Assembly (NCBI GenBank): GCA_044892505.1
Contig: CM097883.1
Span: 147,994,001 to 148,058,000, forward strand
Direction: 5' to 3'
DNA from: Schmidtea nova
Lineage: Eukaryota
DNA: 64,000 nt
Part shown: in pieces, positions 22,151-35,858 of the stretch
Numbering within the stretch: the stretch's first letter is position 1
Layout: each line of letters begins with the position of its first letter
Program-made: the position numbers and the translations under genes
The notes under the pieces: generated by a model
What the model was told of the DNA's origin: nothing
The model's database searches: none
The model's input: only the letters and a program-made list of their open reading frames with translations

Positions 22151-23057
22151 TTGTTAATTAGAGTCTTATATTTTATATTCTTGGATTTTTCTATTTTAGC
22201 TCCAAATATGAGTAAACGAAAATGTTTATTTACTGAAGAACTGCAAGCTAAATTTGTATGTTTTAAATCAACACCAAATTCAAAATCCGAGGCAATATGC
22301 ACTGTTTGTAATACTACAGTTTCGGTTGCAAACAAAGGCAAATACGATTTGGAACAACATATTGCGTCAAAAAAGCATACAAATACTATTCGTATAGGAG
22401 AGAGTTCCAATTCCATATGCAATTTTTTTACAAAAAAATTTTCATCTCTGGATCACAAAGTATCAGCTGTCGAAGGAGCTTTAGCATTCCACACTTTAAA
22501 GCACCATTATAGTTATAACTCCACCGTTTGTACAAACAAATTACTGTCAAACATGTTTGATGATTCGGAAGTAGCTAAGCGGATTTCATCTGGAAAGACA
22601 AAAACGAGATGTATCGCAAATAATGTCATCGCTCCATATTGCATTGAAAATATAATGCAATCATTGTCCAAAATACCATTTATATCAGTTTCAACAGATG
22701 GAAGTAATCATGGGGCAATTAAAATGTTCCCAGTTCTTATTCAATTTTTTGACAAAAATAATGGAATAATGACAAAAATGATTGATTTATATTCTTTGCC
22801 AAACGAAACAGCAGAGACAATAAGTGATAATTTGAACACTTGTTTAGAAAAATACAATATTGTCGAAAAATGTGTTGCTTTTTCTGCTGACAACTGTAAC
22901 ACTAATTTTGGAGGTTTGAAAAGATCAGAGAAAAACAATGTTTACAGCCTTTTAAAATTGAAATTTGGAAAAGATTTAATAGGTGTTGGTTGTCCTGCTC
23001 ATATTGTTCACAATTCCGCACAGCATGGATTTGATTCGATGACAGTAGATTTAGAAT
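22151..23057 (+). pseudogene. 5'-half copy of the hAT transposase, truncated at the junction with the next copy
   Basis: Near-identical to the N-half of the 23205-25166 ORF (STDGS vs STDES, KFGKD vs KFEKD); ends at MTVDLE, where a TIR begins. Confidence 0.9.
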
Positions 23058-23204
23058 TAGGGTTGTCAAGTGGTCAACACAAAAAAAGAGAACATTTTAA
23101 AAAAAAAATTTTTAAAATCAAATTTTATACATAAAGATATTAAGGAACATAAAATTGCACTTATAATTCAAATTTGTGCTTTAAAAATATAAATTAAATT
23201 TAAT

Positions 23205-25166
23205 TTAATCATCTTCATCATCATTTTGATCACTTTTTTCAATGTATTTATCTACATTACTAACTTTGTTCAAAAAAATTTCATTTTCTTTTATTTCTTT
23301 ATAAAATTCCAAACATGAAATATTTTTATAATTATAAACTACGCTCAAAATACCTCGGACAGTGGAAATTTTTAGCTTATTTCTTTCTTTAGTCCACTGG
23401 CCGCTAATCATGGAAAATATTCTTTCAACATTAGCATTTTGACCAGGTATTGCGAAAAAAAATTGACATATTTTTAAGAGTTCTGAATGAAACTCAACAG
23501 CATTTGTTTTAAAATATTCTGTCCATTTGAGACAGGTAATCAATTTTCTAAAATTTTCTATATTAATGTTTTTTTCTACAAATACCTTTAAATTATAAAA
23601 TTGATCAAAACATTTTACATCATCAACAACGATGTTTTTAGATGCAAGCAATACTATCGTATTCTCAATTTCTTCCCATGTTGGAACTCTATCTAATTTC
23701 ATCCAAGTAACGCTTTCAAAATTGGATAGTTGACTAGTCCATAACTTTAAATATTCATAAGACATCTTATAGCAATTCATGCAATTTAAATTGAATTTAT
23801 CTATTTCATTTTCCAATCCATTTTTTATATTTTCAGACAAAATAGACTTTACTTTGATTGGAAAAAATGATTCCTCATATCTATGATGCAATGTATTTGC
23901 TAATGAATTTGTTGTAGCCATTACTTCTAATACAGAATTTTGTTCAGATTCTATTTCTAATATTTTTTCATGAAAAATATGCATTAATGATTCAGCAAAT
24001 TCTAAATAAGCTTTACTAAAAGCATCTTCAAAAAATAATTTTAAAATACGAGGAGAGTTATCAATTGATAAAAAATAAGCTTTTAAAGCAGGATAAACTT
24101 CCAAGACTCTTTTCACAGCGGGATAAAGTGATAACCAGCGCGTTTTTGAATGTTTTAATAACGCTTTATACTGAATGTCTACAAATTCGCAAAAACTTTT
24201 CAAAGATTCTGTCCTTATTGTATAAATTGAAAAAAAATTATAGAGTTTTAAGATTATAGATTCTAAATCTACTGTCATCGAATCAAATCCATGCTGTGCG
24301 GAATTGTGAACAATATGAGCAGGACAACCAACACCTATTAAATCTTTTTCAAATTTCAATTTTAAAAGGCTGTAAACATTGTTTTTCTCTGATCTTTTCA
24401 AACCTCCAAAATTAGTGTTACAGTTGTCAGCAGAAAAAGCAACACATTTTTCGACAATATTGTATTTTTCTAAACAAGTGTTCAAATTATCACTTATTGT
24501 CTCTGCTGTTTCGTTTGGCAAAGAATATAAATCAATCATTTTTGTCATTATTCCATTATTTTTGTCAAAAAATTGAATAAGAACTGGGAACATTTTAATT
24601 GCCCCATGATTACTTTCATCTGTTGAAACTGATATAAATGGTATTTTGGACAATGATTGCATTATATTTTCAATGCAATATGGAGCGATGACATTATTTG
24701 CGATACATCTCGTTTTTGTCTTTCCAGATGAAATCCGCTTAGCTACTTCCGAATCATCAAACATGTTTGACAGTAATTTGTTTGTACAAACGGTGGAGTT
24801 ATAACTATAATGGTGCTTTAAAGTGTGGAATGCTAAAGCTCCTTCGACAGCTGATACTTTGTGATCCAGAGATGAAAATTTTTTTGTAAAAAAATTGCAT
24901 ATGGAATTGGAACTCTCTCCTATACGAATAGTATTTGTATGCTTTTTTGACGCAATATGTTGTTCCAAATCGTATTTGCCTTTGTTTGCAACCGAAACTG
25001 TAGTATTACAAACAGTGCATATTGCCTCGGATTTTGAATTTGGTGTTGATTTAAAACATACAAATTTAGCTTGCAGTTCTTCAGTAAATAAACATTTTCG
25101 TTTACTCATATTTGGAGCTAAAATAGAAAAATCCAAGAATATAAAATATAAGACTCTAATTAACAA
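23205..25166 (-). CDS. Intact hAT transposase (probable start MSKRK at ~25109)
   Basis: Zn finger CTVC...HIASKKH; catalytic STDES, SADN and NVERIFS; CxxH motif (CPAH); uninterrupted 653-codon ORF between TIRs. Confidence 0.92.
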   Translation of the reverse strand: MLIRVLYFIFLDFSILAPNMSKRKCLFTEELQAKFVCFKSTPNSKSEAICTVCNTTVSVANKGKYDLEQHIASKKHTNTIRIGESSNSICNFFTKKFSSLDHKVSAVEGALAFHTLKHHYSYNSTVCTNKLLSNMFDDSEVAKRISSGKTKTRCIANNVIAPYCIENIMQSLSKIPFISVSTDESNHGAIKMFPVLIQFFDKNNGIMTKMIDLYSLPNETAETISDNLNTCLEKYNIVEKCVAFSADNCNTNFGGLKRSEKNNVYSLLKLKFEKDLIGVGCPAHIVHNSAQHGFDSMTVDLESIILKLYNFFSIYTIRTESLKSFCEFVDIQYKALLKHSKTRWLSLYPAVKRVLEVYPALKAYFLSIDNSPRILKLFFEDAFSKAYLEFAESLMHIFHEKILEIESEQNSVLEVMATTNSLANTLHHRYEESFFPIKVKSILSENIKNGLENEIDKFNLNCMNCYKMSYEYLKLWTSQLSNFESVTWMKLDRVPTWEEIENTIVLLASKNIVVDDVKCFDQFYNLKVFVEKNINIENFRKLITCLKWTEYFKTNAVEFHSELLKICQFFFAIPGQNANVERIFSMISGQWTKERNKLKISTVRGILSVVYNYKNISCLEFYKEIKENEIFLNKVSNVDKYIEKSDQNDDEDD

Positions 25167-25619
25167 TAATAAATTACATACTTACTTGTTTATTTAACAC
25201 AACAAATTATAATAATAATGATTTCTTATCAAAATCGTTAATACACACAAATTATTTCATCTTTAATTTTAAATTCAATAAATATTGACAGGACAGCAAT
25301 AGCATAGCCTGCTTTTTTTCAAATTTTTGAATTTTTATACCGAGTTTCTTTTTAAATTTCAACTTAAATTAATTAAAAATCAGCGAAATTGAAAAAAGAG
25401 AACAATTTGAATATTTATAAAAAAAGATAGAGGACAAATAAAATGTGCTAAAAAAGAGAACATGTTCTCTTTAAAAGTGACCGTTTGACAAGCCTAATTT
25501 CAATGTCAAATTTATAAGCGTCATTATAGCTTGGTCGTCCGCCATGGATACTTATAATTTTTGATATTCTTTTTTATAATACAAATTAGAATGTATTAAT
25601 TTTATTTAATTTAATTTGG

Positions 25620-25676
25620 TTTCGACACAGCCTTTATCAAGTGTGTATTTCACACTTGATAAAGGCTGTGCCGAAA
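25620..25676. repeat. 26-bp-stem palindrome with a hammerhead-like core (possible Penelope-like element terminus)
   Basis: TTTCGACACAGCCTTTATCAAGTGTG-tattt-CACACTTGATAAAGGCTGTGCCGAAA, one mismatch. A related inverted sequence lies at ~35130-35270. Confidence 0.5.
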
Positions 25677-26254
25677 TATTGTGTTATTGTTTATAAAAAA
25701 AATTTTGATCTATAGTCATCATTATGGAAATTATTGATAATAATAATAAAAAAAGATCAAAGGTGAAAAAAGATAATTATGATAATATATACTTTATCAA
25801 TATTGCTGGGTTCATGGACGGGGTAGTAAAAATTCTAATGATTGCTAGGGATCTCCCATCCATGATCATGCATAAATAGTCGTAAGTTACACTCGAGCGC
25901 CCTTGATTATTTCCCCCGATAACCAAGTTGGTGATGCACAGGGTGTTTAAACAATGAGGGGCAGGTGAGCACTATTGCTAGGACTACTCCCCCTTTATGT
26001 TTACGGGTTCACGCGGCCGTAGAAGGACTTACGCAATTGTTGTTATTCGGTGTACGTGTGATTTTATGTATTTATCAAGAAACAAAACGAAACTACGAAT
26101 TCGATAATATTTAACTTTTTAACGCTACTCCTTTCGTTGTGTAACATGTAATTTAAATTTAATTATTATGAACTGTGTAACCGAAGGAAATACATAGGAA
26201 ATAACAAAAAAAAAACAAAACAAGCAAAAATTTAATCAACACCAAAATCTGACA

Positions 26255-27668
26255 TCATGTTATGATTTTATCTGCTACAAAAATTCCTTGAAAATTCCTT
26301 CGTGAGGGAATATCTTTGATAACCACTCGGCTTCCGACATTTCTGCTATAGTGGTCACTTGTGCCTGAAGCTGCTGAGAGAACAGCCTCCTTTGGCGACG
26401 GCGCTTGGAATCGATTCGCTTTCTCTTGTTCGTTTTTCCGACGGGATTTGGTGCAACGGTGGATTCCATCGGACTTTGTACTGTTGTTACTTCGAGACCA
26501 TCGGTGTCGGTACTGAGCGAGCAGGCCACTTTCTGTTCTCCTACCCATTTCTGGTAGGTGATGGGTCGGATTTGTGATCTCAAGTCGGACTCGATGAAAG
26601 AAGTCGTCACCGAATGGAGACATCGGCGCAACTCAATTTTTGTTGCTTCCCATTCAGTGCGATAATCGTCAGCTGTCTTTTGAGCCCTTTCCATTCGACT
26701 CATCTGTTCCTTCATACGGACTGGGGCGAACCAGCTGGTTCGTAAAAATTGAATCTGAGCTTCTGCCTTAGCCCGTAATGCTTTTTCTTGATTTAACTCC
26801 TTTTCTAATGCTCGGCGGATTCTCCACGCCTTATCCAATTCCCGCTGTTGGCTGGTTTCCGTCATACTAAATAATAAACCTATTTTATGATGCTGAAATT
26901 ATACTACCAACGGCTAATACTATCCGTCGAGTGGAAAATTTTGGATAATTAAATCAATAAATGGATCGAAATTCAACTAATAACAACAAAGAGAAAACAG
27001 ATCAACACCATTTAATTGATGAAAACATATTAATTCATAGTAGTGTGAATAACATTGTCAGCGAAAACGCTTCGCTTGGAGGCCGTGAACGGGGGTAATG
27101 TGCAACCCGTGATTGACTGGATCTCGTCGGATGCAAGCCAGTGAGCAGTTCAGTTTGGGGCGTCCATGGCCCGTTTACGGTAGGTGGTTCGGGATCAAAC
27201 CAAATTGAAGCAGCATGTGGAGCGAAATATATCCCCAATGGATTACTGTCGTTGGATTGCCTGCGATGTCCGTCAAAACTATGATGAACTGAACTGTCGT
27301 TTCGGGGTCTCCTTCGTCCGGAATTTCCCATCCGGGGCCTCCTCGATATAGGATAGTGTCTGATCCACCGGTCCAAATTGAAAACGGACATTTTTTCCCC
27401 AGTTCTCGTCTCCACTTGTACATTAACGCATTTAGCGTTCTCAAGAGCTCTTGTGGAAGCGATTTCAATCTTTTCTGCTGCGTCCGGATCAGATGATTAT
27501 CAGCCAGGGCCGCACTTCGTTGGGCCGCCAGAAATTCCTCCACTATTGTTTGTTTCATCTGAGATAAGAATGATTTCAATAAAAATTTATGTGACGAATT
27601 CGCTAATCGCAGTAAAATCCGCTGAAGTATGCTCCCCCCGTAAAAAATTATATATTGATAAATTTTAA
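26255..27668 (-). pseudogene. Decayed GC-richer coding remnant of unknown, probably retroelement, origin
   Basis: Overlapping 122-196 aa minus-strand ORFs with coiled-coil and basic stretches; no recognisable catalytic motif. Confidence 0.35.
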
Positions 27669-29024
27669 TTCAAGGATTCATTGGTCTTGTAGTGAGGAGG
27701 TTGATCATTTAAAACCAAAAAAAAATGAAGAGAAGGAATGAGAAAAATTTTCTAAACCTATTCGCTTAACACCGTCGCTATATACAGCGATCGGGATACG
27801 TTTATAAGAAATCCAAATATTATTGCCTGCGCTATTTACAGCGATCAGGTTACTGTTTTATTTATCCAATCTGTGATTTAAATTCGATTATGTTACTATT
27901 TATACTCTAGTCAAAAATTTCATTTAAATGTCGGAATCTCCTCCGTGTGTCCGGATGCATCTATTTGTCTAGATCAGCTGCAGTTGTGTGGATTCGACAT
28001 AATGTACATAAGGTGAAACCGATTTAGCTGATTTGTTAAGTTATATAATCAATGATATTTTAATTACTCTTGGACATCTCCTGTTTGATTGAACGCTACC
28101 TAACCAACACTAGACCCTGTTTGCAAGTACAACCCTGGCCCCATGCACAACTCTACTTTAAGCTAAACCTTTGATAGCACTCAATTAAATAAAATAAAAC
28201 TGTCAATAGAAACTTCACTCACCATCTTGTGGAACGGTGAAATCCCACACTTACGGCTTACTCCCTCGCAGCGTGAGCTACTGAGGAAGTGTATTAATTA
28301 TAAAATAAAATAATAGAATAATCCAACTCATTAATCATAATAAACTATATTAAAATCAAATCAAATGGGAATCGTGAGAAACATGGAAAAAAATTATTTC
28401 AATAACAATAAAACAAAATTACTCTCTAAGATCCAAGTTTGATGCGTTCCCAAAAATTATTTCGAAAATTTTTCGCAATAAAGTTGATGTGACTGAATCG
28501 ATTGTTATAGATCAGTTCGGTAATCAAAATTTTATGTCTCTTTATGATTTTTGAATCGGTATTTATACTGATTCAGTTGGTCAGATTTACCAATCAGGAT
28601 CAGGCCGTCCATCAAAGTAATTTTGTTATTTTATTTTAATATAAACCATTTTAAATTTCCGGTTCAGGTTTCTCGCTGGGTGGTCCTGATTTTTTCAAGT
28701 AATTAACCAATTAATTGTACTCTTATTTGATTTTATTTGTAATTTTCTTATTTCAGACCCCCATGCTGCTCGTTCCCGTGTCAATTTGATTTTTTTCCTT
28801 TGCTGGAAATTTAGTTATTATTATTTATTATTTTATTTTGATTTTTAATTTAGGTTTTTCCAATGTTTTTTGTATTTATTATTTGTATTTTTTGTTTAAA
28901 TTATTACATTATTTTTGTCTTTTTTAGACCATTTGGTGGGCCCAACAATATTCACATTAACTTAAACTTAAATTGGAAACTTTAATGAGGATTATAATTT
29001 ACTCTTCATTTCTAATGCTGCTAT

Positions 29025-32000
29025 TATGGATGGTAAATTTATCGATTTTTTCATTTACAGGTAATTCGGTAAATGAAAATGAAAATACCGGTTTACCGGT
29101 AAATTACCGGTATTTTTTTCTGAAAAATTAAACTATAGTGAGAAAAAATAAAAATTTTGATGCATTTCACATTTATTATATCAAACATATACAGAAAATA
29201 TATACAGAACTAGGTGATGACGACTGACAAGAAGTTGCCAAGCATCGGACAGGTAGAGGTTATTGATTAAGAAAACCAAGGCGTTGAAGGTGCTGCTGTG
29301 CCATCGGAAGTAAGCAAGTAAAAATATACAGAAAAATTTTAATGTTTTATTGATTATTTTTTTTTTGAAAATAACTTCTTAAAAAGACTAAATTATTTAA
29401 AGTCTTATCTTCTAAGTTGGACCTGATTTTAGTGCAAAATAAACCTGATCCTGAGAATACTCTTTCTGATTCTACACTCGCTGGACGAATTGTCATTAAA
29501 CAGTCGAATACCATTTGAATGTACTTCCCCCGCACTCTTTCCTGGCGGAAGTACTCTAATTCTTTTTTTACTATTTGTTTGAAATCTTTGGCATTTTTTG
29601 TTTGAGGTACTACGCTTCCCGAGGTTCAGTTTTTTGTTTGATAAGTTCGTGAAGTTTCTGCTTCATGGATATTGCAACATTAGGTGTAAAAGTATCAATA
29701 CTTTCGTTATCTAACTCTGAATTCGTGGAATCCAAATCAAAATCGTGACACTGACTATTATCAACTATAATCGAGAGTATTTCTACAATTTTCTAGATCA
29801 TTGTTGCTTTATTGATTATATTAAAAATATTATAATTTTCTTCATCTGACAAAACCAAATAAGGATCTGTCAAATAGCTTAATACGTCTGAATAAATAGT
29901 CCTTCTCTCTTTTATGCTATGTATTAATTCTTTTTTAAGTTCAACGCTTAAAAATGTATTTTGGTTGGTTAATTCATCCAACATAAATTTCAACGTAACA
30001 TCAGCTACATATAAATTAGTCTTTTCATTACAGAGTGTTTCAACAGCTAACTTAACTGGTTGCAGGCTTGAGATTATATTTGTTAGCAATCTTATTTCTC
30101 TTTCATTGAAATCTGATTCCAGTTTCAGATCTATTAGACTTTTTCGGACAGCATCTTTAAGTAATAAAAATCTCTCTAACATATTTAGTAAACTGTTCCA
30201 CCTGATTCTACAATCTAAAATTAATGAAAGTTCTTTACCAATAATTTCTTTGACATATTTTTGTAGCAATGTATTTTTGGTTGGCGATTTTCTAAAAAGT
30301 TTTACTACGTGCCTTATTCTTGTAATTAAAGAATAAATTTCTGCATTTTGTAGAATAAGTTCGGTAGAGCCAATAGCTTCTTGGTATATTTCAAAATTAT
30401 CGTGTTCAATGTCCGAATCATCACAATCAGAATCCGAAGAAAGTAGTAGAGTAACATTATATTTATCATTATCCTGCAAAACTGATGTAGCTTATATTGT
30501 AAAGAACTCTTATGATTGCCAATTGCAATCCATGTACAAGACATAACTGGTGGTTTTTATTGAGTAATTTTACAGTTTCCTTCATGACAGCAGCTCCGTC
30601 CGATGTTATGCAGACAATATTTTTTAATGAAATTTGAAATTCTTTTAATTTATTTTCTTTTAATTCTGCGCATACCTCAGCAGGTGCAGGTCCATAAATT
30701 CGACTCAATCCAAGATTCCAGAATTTATCATCACTTTCGTGAACATTCACATTTATATATCGGTGATTTTTATTTGATGTCCACTCATCAGTGGTCAGGC
30801 TATATATTTTGTTATTGTTTGTATTCTTTAAAATTTCCTTCGATACTTCTTTCTTAATCTTTTCTGCATATTGTATTACTATTTTTTGAATTGTTTTATG
30901 CGTCTTTGGTATCTCTTGGTAGCCTCTTGATTTTAATAGCATTCGTAAATCTACAGATGTACAAAACTTGCTAAAAGGAATTCCATCTTTTGCTATTATT
31001 CTTGAGAGTACAGCTTCTAAGGATTCATCGTTTTTCTTGAAATAGGAAGTAATTTTTGGTCTCATGGTAAACGCTGGTTCTTTTGAGAATTCTTCATTGC
31101 TTCTTTTTAATATATTAATTTTATGTTGGCTCTTTAGATGACTACGTAAAGCACTAGTACACCCACCTGCTACCTTTATTCTTTTATTGCACTGTTTACA
31201 TGACGCTACATCTTTCGTTTCTGTACGATTGAAGTAGCACCAAACCGGATTTTTATCCATGGTTTCTAAAACAAAATAAATAATATAGAATTAAATTTTA
31301 AAACACATAATGTAATAAAACAAAATAAATAATATTCGAAGATTTGAATTCATATATGTAAATCTATTCGAAGTTTGAGAAATACTATGTCTTGTCTCAA
31401 TGATTATTTGTAAAGTATTAATAAAAATTTTGGTGTAAAATCGATAACAATATTATATACTTGTATTAAAGTATTTAATTTAACCATCGCAAAATTTTTA
31501 TTGTCACTGATTTGTTTTCATACGTGAGAATAATGGGGATCAGCGCCGGTTCGAGATAATTATACGCCCCAGGCGAAAATTATAAAAAGCGCCCTATTTT
31601 AAAAATTAGGTACAAAAATTATGATAAAATAAAAAAGATTAACAAAAAACAATCTATTTATTACTTCATTTCATTTTTTTCGATTGATTTACATATATAT
31701 AAAAAAACAGAATTTATAAGAATGATTTTTTCCAGTTTTTGTAATATATATAAATTTTTTTTATTTCAATACATATCAGAATTTCTCAGAATTGGAAATT
31801 CGTATATTTTGCATGTACTTTTTTTTTGTTTTTTCTTATTTCCAAATTTTTTTAAAACGGTTGGTTTCATAGATAAATTTCAAAATATAAAGTTTTGGAG
31901 GCTTATTTTATAATTTTCTTTGATTGTTTATAATAAATTTTGGCGCCCTCTAAAAAAAGGCGCCCTAGGCTATGGTCTAGGTCGCCTGGCCCTTGGCCCG

Positions 32001-32331
32001 GGCCTGATGGGGATTTCCCAAGAAAATAGGGTTAGAATAATACATATTTTGCACAATCTTAAGGCATAATAATATTAGAATCTTGTAAAAAAATATTTGT
32101 AAAGAAATTACACAAAAATATCTCTCATAAAATATATAATTAAGTATATTATTACTTATACTTACATGATTTTATATTTTCAATATTTCTTTAGCGTTTT
32201 AAATATCTATAAACACAATATTTTGTGCATAAAAATTCCTAGTTTGAATTTTTTTTATTTTCCGAATTTACCGCTAAATTTACCGTACGTTTTTTGGTCA
32301 ATTTACCGGTTAACCGGTAATACCATCCCTA
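29025..32331 (-). mobile_element. hAT element with a frameshifted BED-finger transposase (29347-31260)
   Basis: Perfect 8-bp TSD GCTGCTAT (29017-29024 and 32332-32339); TIRs TATGGATGGTA / TACCATCCCTA; motifs VWCYF...CKQC...LRSHLKSQH, TTDEW, TSDGA, CLVHGLQL, RWNS and SERVFS. Confidence 0.92.
31541..32006. mobile_element. hAT-type MITE nested in the 29025-32331 element
   Basis: Perfect 8-bp TSD ATGGGGAT; ends CAGCGCCGG / CCCGGGCCTG. Confidence 0.85.
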
Positions 32332-33064
32332 GCTGCTATGTATATGGTCAAGGTAGTTCATGCAATAAACATACTTTATTCAAAATTCACACACTTAGCA
32401 TGTTTTTTCACGTGGTCTCCATTGGGTATGTGAACAAAAAAGAAATCATTCTACTAAGCAGATAATTCTGAAAATATAAACCAGTTTTTGATGCGTTAGA
32501 TCAGAGGTAGTCAACCTTTGTTGTCCACAGTGTCCATTGTTTTATATTTAAATAGCATAAACTTTACTAGTGTACTCTTCCCTAATAATGAAAATTGGAA
32601 GACTTATTTTTCTCAATATTTTTTTCCTAGAATTCTGATAAATTCATAAACTTGTGATTTTTCCCAGTGCCTCCTGATGCTCTATTCCATGCCAGTGTCT
32701 CCATTCATTTACTTTCAAACCCCTAAGGTGGTGATGTCACACCCTTAAAAATACTCTTTTACACTCTAATTATATCAAAGTTTCTTTTATGTTGGCTTGA
32801 AATAACCCAAATTTACTATGGCTTCCAATGGCAATTTTCTGTCTAATGTTTTCTTTCTATATAACTGTTCCACAATTAATCACTGGGGATTTTCTCCTAT
32901 TTTGGATTTTTTGTAGGAATCAGTTCAACAATAAATTTTTATCCATTTCATTTGGAGCAAGCCTATTTAATTCTTTAACTGTCAAACTAATTTTTTGGTT
33001 TCTTTTTTCCATCATGATTGATGGGTTAATTTAATTTTAATTAATTATTAAATTAGTTTGTACC

Positions 33065-34194
33065 CAGGGATACCATCTTCGAGATTTAAATATGCGGGAC
33101 AAAATCTCGAAATTGAAATAAAGAAAAAAAACACATAATTTGAATATTTCAAATATTCAATGTATATATATTATTATAATATTTATTATAGTCACAAATA
33201 ATGAAAAAATAAATAAAAAAAAATTATAAAAAACTAAATAATAAAAAAATATATGCTTAATGAAAAATAAACAAATTAACAAAACATAACGAAACAGAAA
33301 AAAAGGAATAAAACCATAAAATATAAACTTAAAAATGAGATCAAAAATTCAAAAACAATAAAAGTAAAAAAAATAGGATTAATTTATAAATATAAATGGT
33401 ATTTATCTTTAGATTTTATGTCTTTTACAATTGAATCATCCTCTTTCAAAAATTTTTGAAATTGTATGCAGTTCATTCCAAAATTTTGTTTCGCCATTAA
33501 TTCCGCTTCTAAATTTTCCAAATTATCAATCGTGAAAGGCCTAATCCAGTTAAATTTGATTTCCCACTTTTTATTATAGCTAACCAATCTTTTTGGTCTT
33601 TTTTTCTGGCGTTGCTTGTTCAGATTCAGAATAACTGTTTGACATTTTTATTTGTAGCCTACAATATGGAAAACAATAAAATATATTTCTCAGTTTTTTA
33701 GAAGTATTAGCTTAAACTTACATTGATATTATTTTCAATTCAATTATTCCATAAATTGAATATAAATAAAACATAAAATTTACACTAAACGAATGTACTT
33801 TTAATGTGCATTAACAATATTTAATTAAATTTTTACTTATTAAATGTTTACTTGAATACTTTTTTATCATTTGTCTTTGACCACAAGGATGAGAATGACG
33901 AACTGTCATCACAATTCAAAAGTCCAAGTAGGCAATTTGTACTGCACAAAATATCCCAACTCGTGAAACAAAAATCCAAATTAAAACAAACCCCACCAAA
34001 CAAAATAAAGTGACAATTTTCGTTACAGGGCTTGTATATTTTTAATTCAGACGTATAATTAATTTTGTTTTATCTGAAATTTTTTAAACTCGTTTTAGAG
34101 AGACGTGCCGGAAAATTAGTTTGCGTGTGGGACGCGGGAAATATCTTAGGTATGTGGGACAATCCCACCTAGGGCGGGACAGATGGTAACCCTG
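33065..34194 (-). mobile_element. Non-autonomous hAT element with a C-terminal transposase remnant
   Basis: TIRs CAGGGATACCATCT / AGATGGTAACCCTG; TSD TTTGTACC/TTTGCACC; remnant ...LEAELMAKQNF...IKSKDKY. Confidence 0.8.
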
Positions 34195-35414
34195 TTTGCA
34201 CCTCATAAAGACTCATTTCAAATTTATAATATTTTATACGTATTTAAATTTTCAGATGCCATCTGTTTCGAGTTTTCTCGCCTGACATACATCGATTTTT
34301 CTGCTTGCAACTCCATTATTTATTTTTGATAATTTTTAATTAGTAAAAGACACCCTTTATGTTACCATTTAATTCCTTATTATTTTATTGAGCGCCATAT
34401 TTTCGGACAGATATGCCTAATTTTGAAGCCGGTTTTCCGGCTTGTTGGGCTCAAAGGGTTAAAGAACCCCAACACGACGAAGGACGACTTAATATTTATT
34501 ATTTTTAACCAAGAGAAATCAATTAATCAGTTAGAAACAAGTGGACTCCATCCATTTGCCTTGACAAAAGTAGTAGAGCATGCGATAAAAATTAATTATA
34601 TCTTCCAAAATAAAAATAGTGATTTTATAAAATAAATTAATATGTAATTGAGAAAAATTGAGGATTTGAAAGTTGAAAAAAGCTCAATTTCGACAAAAAA
34701 GAGCGTTTAATTGAAATATTGAAATATTGTTGATTTGATATACACCAATTACTTCTGTTGATGTTGATAGAACTTATTCACTGTATAAAAATGTATTTAC
34801 TTGTCCATAATTTGAGTGAGACATTCGTATGTTATTGCAGTAATAAATTTAATTAAGTTTATAGAGATATTTTTATAGAGATATTTTATTAGAGATATTT
34901 TTTAGAGATATAGTTTAGAGATATAGTTTATAGATATAGAGATATAGTTTATAGAGATATTTTTCTTATAGCACCCCAACGCGTAACTCATTTTATACGC
35001 CAATTTTTTGCCCAATTATTTTATTGGGTTTTTTTTGGACTTAACATAATTCAATTGGTATTGTTAAATTTGTAATATCAACATATTAAAAATTTACTTC
35101 TAAATTAGATAATTAATAATAATAATTTCATAATTATCTTTATGTTTCACCTTTGATCTTTTTTTAATATTAATATCAATAATTCCCATAATGATAAGAC
35201 TATAGATAAAATATTTTTTTAAACAAGTACACAATATTTCGACACAACATTTATCAAGTGTGTATTTCATTCGTTATATTAACTTAATCCTAAATAGTAA
35301 CCATAATTATTTATTTTATAATGATTTTATTGTATGAAAATAAATTTTTTTTATTTTAAATATGATTTTTTGTGCGAACTGAATGTTGATGGACGGTTTG
35401 TATTTTTTGATGTA

Positions 35415-35420
<6 letters not shown>

Positions 35421-35506
<86 letters not shown>
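35421..35506. repeat. (TAA)n microsatellite, ~28 units
   Basis: Direct reading of the sequence. Confidence 0.97.
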
Positions 35507-35858
35507 TTAATTATAATAAAATAATAATATCTACCGTACAATTCCGCAAAATAACTAAATATATACTGAACACTTCTTTATTATGAAATTTTAATATTAA
35601 GTTGTTTCTTTATTAGCTAAATATGCTTGCACTTATTTAAAAGTATGAAACTTGAATATAACTGGTAGACTTAAAATAAATTTTTTAGGAAATACTTGTA
35701 GCATTAATTTTTTAATCGAAATAACTAAACTGAATACAGTAGGCTATTTTAATGTAAATTTGTACATGTATAACTGATTTTTTTGCGAAATAATTATATA
35801 ATTCTTAAACACTTTGAAAACTAGTAGGAGCGTAGTTTTTCAACGAAAGTTTATTTAA

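Larger units (their letters stand above)
21335..25496. mobile_element. Self-nested hAT composite: 3'-end fragment (21335-21765, -), 5' fragment (21766-23057, +), full copy (23058-25496, -)
   Basis: TIRs TAGGGTTGTCAAGTGGTCA and TAGGCTTGTCAA recur at each junction; one 8-bp TSD, ATTTCAAT (21327-21334 and 25497-25504), flanks the whole composite. Confidence 0.92.

Noticed and set aside
32505-32730. hAT-like end CAGAGGTAGTCAACC
   Set aside because: No convincing partner TIR or 8-bp TSD was found.
35356-35541. Poly-Ile ORF
   Set aside because: Artefact of the (TAA)n microsatellite.
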